A stretch of 64,000 nucleotides of DNA from NCBI RefSeq assembly GCF_009914755.1, contig NC_060943.1; one strand, given 5' to 3'. Below are positions 27,660 through 41,210 of this stretch, one piece after another. The translations under genes were made by a program, and so were the position numbers. The notes under the pieces are model-generated. The model was not told where the DNA came from. It ran no database searches and saw only the letters and a list, made by a program, of their open reading frames with translations. Positions within the stretch are counted from its first letter, which is position 1. Every line of letters begins with the position of its first letter. The DNA comes from the human T2T-CHM13v2.0 reference genome, Homo sapiens.

Positions 27660-29919
27660 CCCTCCTATGCCTTGCCTGGCCCCTGACTGCCTAGGGACCT
27701 GCAGTCTATCTGGTCCTCTGTAAAGCTCTTTTTAGTTCCGTGTAAAACAGCAGGAGAGTAAAATTGGGGTCCAGATGAAACAGAACTATTCAGGCTGATA
27801 TCCAAGAAGCGCCCTGGCTCCTTAACGTGTTTTCCTTTTCATTGGCCTCTTAGGACTCAGGTTTGCCAAGGCTCAGAAGCAAGAGCCAGGAGTGAATATT
27901 GCACATAACAGCGGTGAACCTGGCCTGCTTCTGAGTGTGCAAAAGCCCTTTACACAGGATTTCCTGAGGTCAGCCCAAGCCCAGGCTCCTCACCCTCCCA
28001 GAATGCCTCAGCTAGCTGGCAAAACATTGTAAGTGGAAGTAGAGATTTGTCCAGTGTCAAAAATCATTTCACACAATAGCAAGACACACCCTGGGTGGAA
28101 GTCACTGCTACAGAAACTGTGCCCTTCCTCCAGTCTTCATCTCGGCACATCTGTGACCACAAACGCTGTCTGTCTAAATTCACATCTTGTTCAATTTTAG
28201 ATTCATAGTTTTCTCTACTCAAATACTTTACGCTTGTAAGACATGTTGTGTGGAAGTGGGTTAAACTTGTCTTTTAACATCACCAATAACCATCTTCTAC
28301 ATTTTTTTCAGTCATTAATTTGATATCTTCACTAAAAGAAATGCCAGTAATTTGAGGGTTTTCAGAGTAAAGTGCCTTGAGCTCCCCCAGACAGAGAAGA
28401 AGCAGAGGTGTCACTGTTATTATTCTGAGCTGATAGGAAACACATCATGGATTGGAGGCAAGGAATCAGCCACCACCTGCCCGGCACGCACATAGAGCAG
28501 GTGTTGGCTATAATTGCCTCTAGACTTCCTGCCATGGTCAGTTGAAAGTCAAACCTGTAAATGCTGCCTGACTGCAATAGAACTGGAGTCCACAGACATT
28601 TCTGCAACACTGCCTGGTGAAAATATACTGACTGGGTGGGATGAGATGGAGGGCGCGTATGGAGCAGACACGACTGGAATAGCAACCAACAGGCTGTCAG
28701 TCTTCACTGCCTTTTCTCGTCTTCCATTTTTTTTGATTCTATGACCAAAAGAGATGACAGACCTGTAAGAAAATGGATTTGGTCATTTCCGGAAGAAGCT
28801 TTTTCTTTGATCTGTCTGAGAGCAGGTCAGTAGAAGGTATTTTTGTTAACCTGGATCCTCACCATGGATATTTCCTGAGCTTCTACATGGCAGTTCTATG
28901 TTTTAAAGTTCCCTTTGCCGTGGCAGCACAACTGCACACCAGACAGTCACCCTTCTTCCTGAGAGCCACTGTGATTTCACTTCAGGCTCAAGGTGTCCTC
29001 AGCAGATCTGAGGGAGGACTAAAACAGATATACACGCTTTGCTTTTCTGCATCACCACCGTTCACAGACTCCCAGGAGCTCCTGCAGTCAGTAGAAAGGA
29101 GATCATTCAAGTGGCTTTCACCTAGTACCAAACCCACACAGCCTTCAGACCCAGCCCCTCCAATCTCCCGACCTCCTGGGCACCATCCCTGGCCAACCTG
29201 GTCCAGAATGGCCTCCGTCCTCTAGAGGCCCCAGGCACCAAGATCCACACCCTCTATTCCAGAGCATTCTTGGCTTCAAGTTAGGTCCTATTTATCAAAC
29301 ATTTGTCTAGAGAGCAGCCCCAGCACATAAGTGTGTGTGAACCGCAGAGTAGAGGCATGGCCCCTGCTCACTGTCCCCTCTGACTCTGGGCCTGGGTAAG
29401 ACTGGGCTCCCCAAAAGCAATATAAGTGTACCAGGAATTTTCTATGGTGCTCCTGGGAGAAGTAGGAAGGAGGAGGGAGACGGAGAAATCAAGTAGGGGT
29501 GTGATTCAAGCCCCATTCTTGCTTGCACCTGCAGCGTGACTCCCAGTGTGAGCTGAACCTTAGAGCTTGTCCGGACTTGAATCAAAGCAACGAGCCTCAG
29601 GTATTGGTGTGGGTCAAGATGGGGAGACATAAACTCCCTGGAGCATCACTTCCAGCTTTCTGCACCTGTGAACAAAGCCCAAAGGTGGGTCACTGAGGAG
29701 AGACACAGGTATGGTATTAGTTGCTGAAGAACACAGATGCTGAGGAGTGGTCCTGGGTGGGAGGGGTTGGGCGGAGCAAACACCAGCTTCACGGCCACCT
29801 TCATAGGCCAGTCTCCTGCCAGGGGCACGAGACGCTCCAAGGAGCCAGAAATCAGAGCTTTCATTTCCTTTGTGACTCTACCAGGTACTCACAGAAGCAG
29901 GAAGGGAGAGGCATTGTTT

Positions 29920-30225
29920 AAAAAAGCAAACACTTATATAGCACTTACTATATGCCAGGCAATGTTCCAAGCATTTTATAAGCACTAATTCACTTAGTTT
30001 CTCAATGTCTCAATTTCCTTATAGGTAAAGTCAAGCTAATAATATTAGCTACTTCACAGGCTTGCAGGGAAGCTAAATAGCCTATGTAAGGTTACAGAGA
30101 TGATCTGCCAAGAGTTGAACCTGGGCAGTCCAGCTCTGAATCTAAATGCTTAACCAAACCATTAAAATGAGTGCAGGCTCATAGGACCAGACAGACACAG
30201 GTGCAAGTCCCGGTTTATGTCAATA
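29920..30225. mobile_element. MIR fragments
   Basis: GCACTTACTATATGCCAGGCA, CTCAATTTCCTTAT..GTAAA. Confidence 0.6.
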
Positions 30226-30240
30226 AAACTGCATATCATC

Positions 30241-30956
30241 CACAATGGTTGAACACTCCCACCAACAGTGCAAAAGCGTTCCTATTTCTCCACAGCCTCA
30301 CTAGCAGCTATTGATTCCTGACTTTTTAATAATCACTATTCTAACTGGTGTGAGATGATTCCTCAAGGATCTAGAACCAGAAATACCATTTGACCCAGAA
30401 ATCCCATTACTGGGTATATATACCCAAAGGATTATAAATCATGCTACTATATAAACATTCTACTATAAAGACACATGCACATGTATGTTTATAGCAGCAC
30501 TATTTACAATAGCAAAGACTTAGAACCAACCCAAATGCCCATCAATGATAGACTGGATAAAGAAAATGTGGCACATATACACCATGGAATACTATATAGC
30601 CATAAAAATATGAGTTCATGTCCTTTGCAGGGACATTGGTGAAGCTGTAAGCCATCATTCTCAGCAAACTAACAGAGAAAACCAAACACCGCACGTTCTC
30701 ACTCATAAGTGGGAGCTGAACAATGAGAACACATGGACACAGGGAGGGGGGCATCACACACCAGGGCCTGTTGGGGGTGGGGGGCAAGGGGAGGAAGAGC
30801 ATTAGGACAAATACCTAATGCATGCGAGGCTTAAAACCTAGATAACAGGTTGATAGGGGCAGCAAACCACCATGGCACATGTATACTTATGTAACAAATC
30901 TGCATGTTCTGCACATGTATCCCAGAACTTAAAGTAAAATAAAATAAAAAATTTAA
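30241..30956 (+). mobile_element. L1PA (PA7-like) 3' fragment with 5' inversion
   Basis: 30241-30358 reverse L1, 30359-30956 forward L1 3' end plus A-tail; 16-bp TSD AAAACTGCATATCATC at 30225-30240 and 30957-30972. Confidence 0.92.
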
Positions 30957-31283
30957 AAAACTGCATATCATCTCTGAGTCTTCACTTTCCTGTTTTTGAA
31001 ATTGGTTTTTCTTAAAAAACAAAAAAGCCACTAATACCTGTATCTGTGTAAGAAATGTCCAGCAGGTGCTGAAGCCTTGCTGGGAACTCAGTAACTCTCA
31101 GGGATCATTACAAAAATCCTCGGTAAAATTGACTGCCTGCAATCTTTGATACAGCAATGCCTGTCCCCAGTAACTTCCAGTGGCAGATGTGTTATGTGTG
31201 TGCATATGAAAAAACTAAACATGTAAAAAAACCCAAATCCAGGCCACCCAGTACATTCATATGGCATTACCCAGGTCTACACC

Positions 31284-31412
31284 CCTGGGGACAGTCGGCC
31301 ATGCCTGGAGACATTCTAGGTTGTCACTGCTGAGGGAAGGGTGCTGCTGGCATCTCATGCGTAGAGGCCAGGGATGCTGGTAAACACCCTGCAATGGCAC
31401 AGGACAGCCCAT
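31284..31412 (+). mobile_element. MER20 hAT-Charlie fossil
   Basis: CTGGAGACATT..GGTTGTCAC..TGCTGGCATCT..GTAGAGGCCAGGGATGCTG.TAAACA.CCT.CAATG.CACAGGACAGCCC. Confidence 0.85.
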
Positions 31413-31429
31413 TCTGTATTCTTTCTTTC

Positions 31430-31680
31430 CAACATAACAATAATGATAAAAGCAGCTGCCAACACACATATTCAAGGCACAGGTCTGAGTATATTATAAA
31501 GGTGATCTCTAAATAACCTATCTCTGAGAAACGATCTCCTTTTAGCCCCTTTACAGTTAGGGAGAGGAGACTTAAAGAGGCTGAGTAATTTTCCAGGATC
31601 ACACAGCAGACAGGGAAGCTTGGATTTGAATCATTGTCATGCAGAGTCCAGGACTTACACTCTTCACCATTATACATTCG
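31430..31680 (-). mobile_element. MIR
   Basis: GAGGCTGAGTAATTTTCCAGGATCACACAGC..GGATTTGAA. Confidence 0.6.
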
Positions 31681-34600
31681 TTCACTAAACTTTCCTAAGT
31701 TTGACCACAAATTAGAAGGCAGAAAATGAAAAAGCATGTAACTTGGTAGTTCTAGCAACTGATTTACTTCCATCAAAGGCCCTTTGGTTCTAGAAAGCTT
31801 TATCTATGTGTTAACGATAGCAGTATATTAAATTATGGGCTAAGTGTGGTATCAAATTGTAAAATAACCTATGAAATCTAAGCTTTACTTTTTCTCATAG
31901 TTATTAATGGCTGGGGTCAGACTCTCTTGGGAGCCCCTCAATTGGAAGAAAGACTGACAAGAACACACACACAGGACTTGAACCAAACCCATGTGAATTC
32001 AAAGGGAAGGCAGGTTTATTATCTTTCGCTCCCCAGAGATGAAGTCAGCCAGCTTTTCTGTTCATCACTAGGGAGGATATTAAACACAATTCTTTACACG
32101 TGGGGAAAAAAAAATAATTGATTCTGAGAACAGCTTTGGTGAAATGGGACTTTGGTTGGAACAGCACACACATAACCTCTCCAAGACAGCAGGTCATCCG
32201 CCCTGGAACCTCACCCTTGGTCTCTGGCTCTGAAACTCTGATCACCTTAGGGAGTGTACTGGCAATGACCAATAGACCAGGACCTTTTGCTGCAAATCTA
32301 CTAATGTTCCCTAAAGGGTGACCTCTGGTGCTCAAGGTTGTTTCCCACCACAGGGCTGCAGGCTGCCACTCTGCAAAGTGAATAACTTCCTTAGTCAAGG
32401 CTGGTGGATACATGAAAACCTGTCATTAAAAGAAACACATGCTGGACTGGTTCTCCTAGAATTAGCCATTTGGAGTCTCCTCGGGAATCATTAAGGGGAC
32501 ATTTTGCCTGACTTTGAAAGCAATCTTTTTTTTTTTTTTTTAACAATAGAAAACTACAAAGTACTATACAAAGGGGACTTTGGGCACCATCAGCTCCTCT
32601 CAAATCCCCTATGATGAGATTATTACTTAGAATAGCCTAGGCTATTCGACAGCAACATATTAACGCTGAAATCTCAGTGGCTTAAAAAATCTAAAAGTTG
32701 ATTTCTTGCTAATGCATATTATGATCCTGGACAAACAATTCTGCAGGGCAGTCATCCTCCATGCAGTGCCTCAAGGACCCAGGCACCTCCACACTTGTGG
32801 TGCCACCATATCAAAAATTGGCTTCCAGGTCACCACAGCAAGAAAGCACAAAATTTGGGACTTGTGGATCACTTCCTAAATGCTTTGGCACTTCTGCTTA
32901 TAGCCCATCGGTCATAACTAGTCATAGAGCCCCCCCAAGTGCAAGGAGGCTGAGAAATATATAGACGGCACATGGTAAATATCTCTATCATCATTTATTT
33001 GTGTTACACACTCTCCAATTATGCTCTTTTAGTTCTCTTACAATGTACAGTATTGTTGACTGTAGTCACCCCGTTAATCTCCCCCATATGTAGATGAGGA
33101 GCCTGGTGAGTGTGGCCTATTGCAAATATTTTTTCCCACCAACCCAAAACGTAGATTCAAAAACTAATGCTGATTTTTAGAGAATTTTAGGTGATACTTA
33201 ATTTGGTAAAATTTATTGAAACTATACTTCTCCTAATCACATTATATCATTTTCTATAATCTTATAACTCTAACATCAAATTTAAGATAAGAAATATATT
33301 TATGCCCTATATCCATAAGCAACAAGATCATTAAATCTCTTTAGGCACTATTGTCTAGAAAAAAGAAGAAAAAACCTATCTAATTATTTTCAGCAGGAAA
33401 AAATTTACAGAGCTTACAGCCCAGCATTTTACCGCTTTTCTTTTTTTGCATTGGTGAATCATTTTGAGCTTATAATTTCAAAGTAAATATTTTTTAAAGC
33501 CTCAGGACATTCATTGTGTAATGATCATTTGAAAGATTTTTTGGTTATGGTGTTCTCAAATGAATAAAAAGGCTGTTCATAGCAACAGTTATTTCTATAT
33601 TAAAAAGATGAAATTGTTCATTAAGTGGTACAAGTCAATTTCTTTCATCAGCCTAACTGCCCATTTTAGCAAAGATTCCATCTCTGAATTAAGCAAATAG
33701 CTACACATTTCAAAGTCAATAGCTATACTATGTTTCCTTTAACGTGAACATCTCAGACATATCAATGTTGTCAGCCTCTTTACTAAGCCTTTCTCTGAAA
33801 AGACTGAAGACCGTGTTTTGTTGTTATTGTTGTCATTGTGTGTTTTGTACTTTTGCTTTTTTTAAGGCAATATTTTTGTGTGTTAGCTACAGTCTGGCCG
33901 GTCATGACATGCACACTCAAAAGAGAGCCAGATATTTTTTAAAAAGTATGGTGAGGCTGAGTAGCCCATTTGACAATAAATGTAAAGTGCTCACATTTCC
34001 ATTGGTCTGTTTGGAATTTCCCTAAGAAGAGTTATTTCTTTCTGTAATAAAACCAGAAGTCGAATGTAATAAACCATAGCTGGTCTGTGGGGGTTTGTGG
34101 CTAAAGTGAGTATGGAAAAGTCTGTGAACTTTCTGTTTATTTCCTTTTCCCAACCAAACCCTTGAAACTAGAGGCTGGAAGGAAGGGGTAGAGTTGAGGG
34201 CCATTGGACTAGGTGGAGGAAGTGACCTTGCAGATCCTTTCACATTCTGTAATGCATGCAAAAAATAATGAGAATGAGATAGCTGAAGTTTCAATTCTTT
34301 AGAGAGAGATTCAAATTCATTTGTCGGTTACAGGAAGCAAAAAAAATGCCATTATTAATTTAGGCAATTAGAGAACTTTGAAAGTAATATTTAGTACTTT
34401 TTTTAAAAAGCCTGTCCCAGGAGTTCAGCCCACAGCCTAGGAAAGCTTAATTTTTATAGTATTTCAAATGAAGAAAGGTCATTTCTTGGATGTGCTTGAC
34501 AGAAGATTGTAATTATAAACTGGTAATTTTAATGAGAAGTGGGGTTTCCATAAAAACGGAATGAACTTTTGAGGAAGTAAAATTAGAGTGCATGTTCCAT

Positions 34601-35044
34601 CCACTGTGGCATTTCCAAACAGGTCAGTGTTCCCAACATTGCCACCTGCTCTGCCATACTTTCCTGAAAAACGTTAATGCTTTGGTACCTACATCTGCTT
34701 CTCCTGCCTTCTCAATGCACCAAACAAGACATCAGACCTTTTTCTTGCATGGAGGCCTGCCTCCTGCGATGTCTGATCCACACACTTTTCTCTTCTCTGA
34801 ATGCTAAACAGAGAGAACATTGCATTGTGATCTTCCCAGATTTAGGGCAGAGACAGGGCAGTCAGTCTGGGAAGGCACTTAGTGGAGTGAGCCCACAGTG
34901 TGGAGGGGTGAGTGCCTCCTGAGGAATCCTGCCCTCTCTACAGTCCACGTTTTCTGGCAGATCCAAGAGGTCACTTAAGGAGTTTTGAACAACCTGTACT
35001 GTAATGTCCTGAGGGTGCCTCAGCGTCATCTGTGCTCATCCCAT

Positions 35045-35533
35045 TGTTATCTAACCAAATGGAGTCACTTTGCCTGTGTGCAATGGAAAGCCAAAAAATT
35101 GACACACTGGATTTTTGCAGAAAAACAAAAAAAAATTATTGCCGGTCAACTGGCAACGAGACAGGAGGAAACCCTCAAATCTGTCTCCCTGAGCTGGGGG
35201 CTGAGTGGGGTTTTATAAGCACAGGGTAATAAGGTGTGATCTGCTTGGATCTTGCAATGAGGTGATGCTGGGAGGCATAATCTCACTGATCCTGCCGCAG
35301 GACAATGCCAGGGTTTGATGTGCTTGAATCCTGGATCCTGCCATGTGGCATCCACTTTTAAATTTGGTCTCACTCCTCAGTTCGAGCACTTGGGGCTGCC
35401 CATCGTCGCGCACTTGGCTCATCTGGGCATGCTCCAGCAATGTGACCTTCGACCTGCAGGTCCATGGCAACTGAACAACAACTCACAACCTTGTTACGTG
35501 GAAGCTGAGCCAGACCGGTCTGGTGCAGTTACA
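35045..35533 (-). mobile_element. unclassified ERV solo LTR next to a MER5 fragment
   Basis: TG...TTACA ends; TATA-like CTTATAAAA on minus strand at ~35211-35219; CTCAAATCTGTCTCCCTGAG typical of ERV1 R region; MER5A-like sequence at 35535-35640. Confidence 0.55.
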
Positions 35534-35722
35534 CATCCCTACAGGGTCTGATTTTACTGACTACGGGGGAGCTTGGGTATTGTTTTTTTTAAGCTCCTCA
35601 GATGATTCTAACACTCAGCAGGGGCTGAGAGCCACGGAGTTACTTTCTGAGAAGGAGTAAATATCAGCAAAGAAAGAGAGACAGGAAAGGCACTTGGCAG
35701 CAGCCTGGTGAGTAAGGGGTCA

Positions 35723-36204
<482 letters not shown>

Positions 36205-37439
36205 CTACAATAAAAGTTTGTTGACCATGTGCACTCAGGTGGGAATCAGAGGCTCAAGAGAAAAGCTAAAACCACCTGGAAGCTAAGCCTTGTCTAACCA
36301 AATCTATTGAGTCTCCCTCCAGCTAACTGAGGGGTCAGATGCCACTCATTTCTGTTTGGGAACAGTCATTTGCTTTAACTCTCAGCCTCTTGCTGCAGCC
36401 ATGCTGCCTTCCCCTCAGTGTCCTCCTTCCTGCCACAGTAAGTCACTCTGGAGTGCCACGCTCCACTTAAAAATAAACACCTTCTGTCTCCATCCTGGCA
36501 CAGTTTCAGCTTATTTAGCATTCTAACATATGTCGTCTGTTTTCCCAAACAATCTAACATGAGCATAGCACGATGGGGTTGATAATTTGGGCAAATGAGA
36601 AACAGCCTGCCATCAGCACAGACACAGTGACATTTGATTTGCTATCGGTAGATTCCATTGTGTTCTCTCTTCTCATCCTTGGATGATAAACACAGAAAAA
36701 GACTGCAAGATTTCCAGCCCTGGCTCTGTGGCAGAGAATAAGGTCTGGAGGCAGGGAACCTAAGGCTGCTTCAGGCTGACTTCTTAGAACTAAGTTGAAA
36801 GGAAAACCTTAACCTTCCATGCCTAAGTAACAAAAGGACCACAGGCTACTCCCTTTGACCTTTTCTCCAGGGCAAATGGGAAATTGGCTGTTCTGCAACA
36901 AATCAGACTGATTACCGGTCAAGTCTTCGTTTGCAACTTTGCAACTTCTCTCCAGCCTCTGAAAGGTTACTGTCCACAACCCATCAGACTGATTGCAGGC
37001 CGAGTCTTCATTTGCATAGAAGTATAACTTTGTAGCTTCATCCTAGCCTGTGACTGCTCCTTTAGGAACCAATCAGATGTTTGCACAGGAGGGTGACCTT
37101 TGTAACTTCTCTTCAGCCTCTGGTTGGCTGCTTTCTGCAACCAATCAGATTGATTGTGGGCTACCACTTCACTTACCTGAGATGAGCAAGAAGTGGCCAA
37201 TGGGAAACTTCTAGGGGGTATCTAGACCCAAGAAGATTCTGTATCTGGGCTCTTGAGCCACTGCGGCTCAGTCCACTCCCACACTGTGGAGTGTACTTTC
37301 ATTTTCAATAAATCCCTGCTTTCGTTCTTTTGTTGCTTCATTCTTTCTTTACTTTGCTGGGCATTTTGTCCAGTTCTTCGTTCAAAACACCAAGAACCTG
37401 GACAGCTTGCAGTTATGACCCTCTACCGGTGACGTATCT

Positions 37440-37457
37440 TGGCAAGCCAGCCAGGAG
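37440..37457 (+). other. primer-binding site, tRNA-Arg(ACG)
   Basis: TGGCAAGCCAGCCAGGAG, one mismatch to the complement of the tRNA-Arg(ACG) 3' end (TGGCGAGCCAGCCAGGAG). Confidence 0.85.
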
Positions 37458-38370
37458 GAAAGGTAGGCCCAAAGTTTGGGATTTATTTTTCTCCTTTCCC
37501 CTTTTAAATCTTTCTCTCTTTTCCTTTTCAACTCGGGACCCTCTGTGGACAGTGCCTAAGCATGGAGACAACTGCAACTTTCTGGCCAGCGCCACTCTGG
37601 TGAAACTGAAAGGTTTCCACATGGAAGCGCCTTACTGCCGCCGCCCAGTTCGGGTGAGGGACCTGAGTCCTTTTCTTGTTTTCATTTTTCTGAGTCCTGT
37701 TCCTTTTTCCCTTTTTCTGAGTTATTTTCCTTTCCTCCTTTTTCAGTCTTTCAGCAGCTGTTTCCTAGTGGCTCCTTGGTAATTGAGAGGAACTGGCCAG
37801 GGCCGCTCTCCAGTGATCTCTGAAGTCCAGGGAGTGAACAGGGATGGCTGCCCTGCCTGGAAGGGGGAAAGACACTTTACTATCCTTTCCAGTTATCCTT
37901 TCACAACTGCATGTGACGCAGTTGGCAGCGGCAGCTCGTCCAGGGCAAATTCACACACGTTTCAGGTGACTTAAACTCCTTCTTTTCTTATGCTAAATTC
38001 TTCCCTAATCGTACTCAACTGGCTAAGGAACAAAACGGCCCACCCAGCATCCAGTTCTTATTACAGATCATGATTATTTTTTATAAAGCTCACAGTATGC
38101 TCTGGAGAGGAAAACCTGCATGTGGCGCCCCCTCCTAAGGCCAGAGACGTCTGGAACTCTTAAGATTGGACCCCGCAGGAGGACGTTCTTTGGGTTCTAC
38201 GGACCTCAAACTCTCCAAAGGGGATGCCCTTGGCAGAGGTTCAGAGGTCTAGTATTAAGCCCTCCTTAGAATTTCCTCTCGGAGTTGAAATGCTGCTTGG
38301 ACCGAAAAGTGTCTAGAATCTGAAGTTTACTGTCTAATGGAAAAGTGGGATGGTATTGCATAAATACAGG

Positions 38371-38991
38371 TCTTATAGGAGTTATTAAGAAGTTATTTTA
38401 GGCAGATAGAGAGGAAAAGGGGTCCTTGGGAAGTTTTTCTTTTAAAGCAGCTCCAGAAACCTTTCTTGTCTAGCAGGAAAGGCCCGGCTCTTAGATCCCG
38501 CCGACAAGCTTTGATATCCAAATCCCGGCCATTAGAAACTGGGTCCACCCAAACATGGTGATTCCCGCTGTCTTCTTGCCATTGCCCCGACTTGTGCCTG
38601 GAAACATGGCCACCCCCACATATCCACAGGTGTGTAGGACACCATGGCGCCCTGTATTCGCATATTAAAAGGTTAGGGTGGGAGGGCCAGGTTTTTGCGG
38701 GCCACGTGAGTGATATGCCTGGTCAAACCAATCCCCTGAGCCCTATGCAAATCAGGCACCACCTCCTCCAGCCTCCTCATATAAGCAGCCACTTTTCCCA
38801 CCACACGGGTTTTCTCTTTGTTCGAATCCCCTCTCCCTCTGTCTCTGTACAGGGAGGCTGTTTTCTTCCTTCTTTCTTGCCTATTAAACACTCCACTCCT
38901 TAAAACCACTCCACGTGCGTCCATGTCGTTTTATCCAATTTGGTGCAAGATTAAGGACCCTGGTGTACCTCCATTCATTGGAGACTTATCA
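38371..38991 (+). mobile_element. MER61 solo LTR nested in MER51 internal region
   Basis: TTATAGGAGTTATTAAGAA..TTTTAGGCAGATAGAGAGGAAAAGGGGTCC start; ..TATCA end; 4-bp TSD CAGG at 38367-38370 and 38992-38995. Confidence 0.8.
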
Positions 38992-40906
38992 CAGGCTTTT
39001 GTGCTGCCGTTCTAAGCAGGGGCCTGGTTAACGTGTGATGCCTTGCTTTGGTACTGTTTGGCCCCAGTGCTCCTTGGAGTCTGGGGAGGTTTAGCCTTTA
39101 AAATTCAAACTGCCAAGGAGACTGCTTTATCCAAAATTTTGGTTCACAGCCTTCCTTGGATTATCTATTGGGGCAAAGTAAAACCGGCAAGCTTGTACTG
39201 CTATCTCATGGCTAAGGTTCCGAGCTGTTGGATCTTTGTTTATGTGTGTGTATACATGTCTAGATGTGTTTATACAACAAATGTACACTTATTGTTGTAT
39301 ATTGTGTCTACAAAATTGGCTTATAAGTGAAAGAGCGCTCATGAAAATTGAGTAAGTCTAAGCAATTTTCAAGTTCATGTGACTTAAAGTATAACTTTAC
39401 TAAACGAGCTAGCTTTAAAATTATTGGTGGAATAAAAATAGAAATGTTTTCAGAATTGTCAACATATATTTTGGCTGAATTTTATGTTTTTCTGTGCTAG
39501 ATATTTTAAAATGTCAGTGTTAATTCAAGCTGGAAGCTGCTTAGGGCAAATCTGCCTCCCATTCTATTCAAAGTCTCACTGAGATAAATACATAACTAAT
39601 TGCTTCCTTTGGAAAGGCTAATAAGAAACTCAAAAGAATGCAACCCTCTGTCTCCCACCTGTGATTGGAAAGCCACCAGCCTCCTCGCCTCGAGTTGTCC
39701 CGCCTTCTGGGACCAAATCAATGTTTGTTTTACATATGTTATTTGATGTTACATGTCTCCTTTGTTAAAAGTCAAAATTAAGTACAGTGAGTGGGATAAA
39801 TGTTTTAGGTAAACTTTTTGTGTAAATTAAAATCTTAGAGCTATTTTTAACACCCATTTGATATCTGGGCCATTTCCAATTGAGAAAGTGTTGTAATATG
39901 AGGAAATATGTTTCAAAAATTATGGAATTCATAATTCCATCTATTTTTCTTATCTGAAAATGCCCATATCTGATAGTTCTTATCTATAAATGCCCATATC
40001 TGATGGTTCAGGATTTCTTGCTTTTTGGAGTTTCACTAAAGTTTTAGGTTACTAAGGATAAAATTCTAGTTAACATGTAATTCTGTACACAAAATGTGCC
40101 GGAAAGGGTTATTTTATTAGAAAAAAAAGAATAATAATTTTGTCTAATCCAGAAGTTATCTAAAAGTTAGTTCAAATTACAGATTTGAAAAAGTTATTTA
40201 TGAAACAATGTAGTAAGGACTCATTAAGTAGGGGAGAAAAGTGTGGAAAAAGTTAAATAATAAAATGTTCTTTCAAACCTGGAAACCTTGGAGACATCTG
40301 GCTAATTAACACTTTCATAGTTAAAGCCCTTAGTATTAATTAAAGTAAAATAAGAAGTATTGTAAAAATGCATTGGCAGTTTGATAATTCTTTTTTATAA
40401 TATAGTTAAGCATGAAACTAAATTTAGTGTGGAGCCAAATTTCACATACATGTTTGCGTTGTTTCACACTGTTTACTGTTTTGCATGGATAGTGCTAGAG
40501 TACTTATTGGTCATGTGCCTTAAGTGGATTTCTTGATTGCACAGAATGTGATATTGGTAAACTTAAGGATATTGAATTGTGTATGGGGAATAAAATATTC
40601 ATTATGTGGGTTTTTTAGGGCCCGGGATAACACTGCAGCCTCCAGGGTAAACTGAGTATAAAAATTTACGCCTGGTTTCCTGCGTATTTGTTTTCGCTTC
40701 TAGTTTTCATTTGTTTGCTGTTTATTCTCCTGTGGCTTTGCTTGTATCCATATATATAAATAAATGATGTTTTCCAGTTCCTAGTGGAAGGTTTTATTTA
40801 GTTTTGTGATCCTATGCACTTCTTGCAAGTCCTCATTCATTTCATTTATCTGGAATTCCTAAGCTACCTTTGTTGGGCCTGCAGAAATTAACGGAGCACA
40901 CCAGCT

Positions 40907-41210
<304 letters not shown>

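Noticed and set aside
38120-38142. Second CTCF-like GC motif (also near 59416 and 63185)
   Set aside because: Key conserved positions mismatched
38588-38611. p53 element in MER61 (a family known for p53 sites)
   Set aside because: Half-sites CGACTTGTGC and AAACATGGCC are imperfect and 4 bp apart; not a convincing response element
39947-40006. 30-bp tandem duplication in MER51 internal region
   Set aside because: Ordinary slippage duplication with no sign of function
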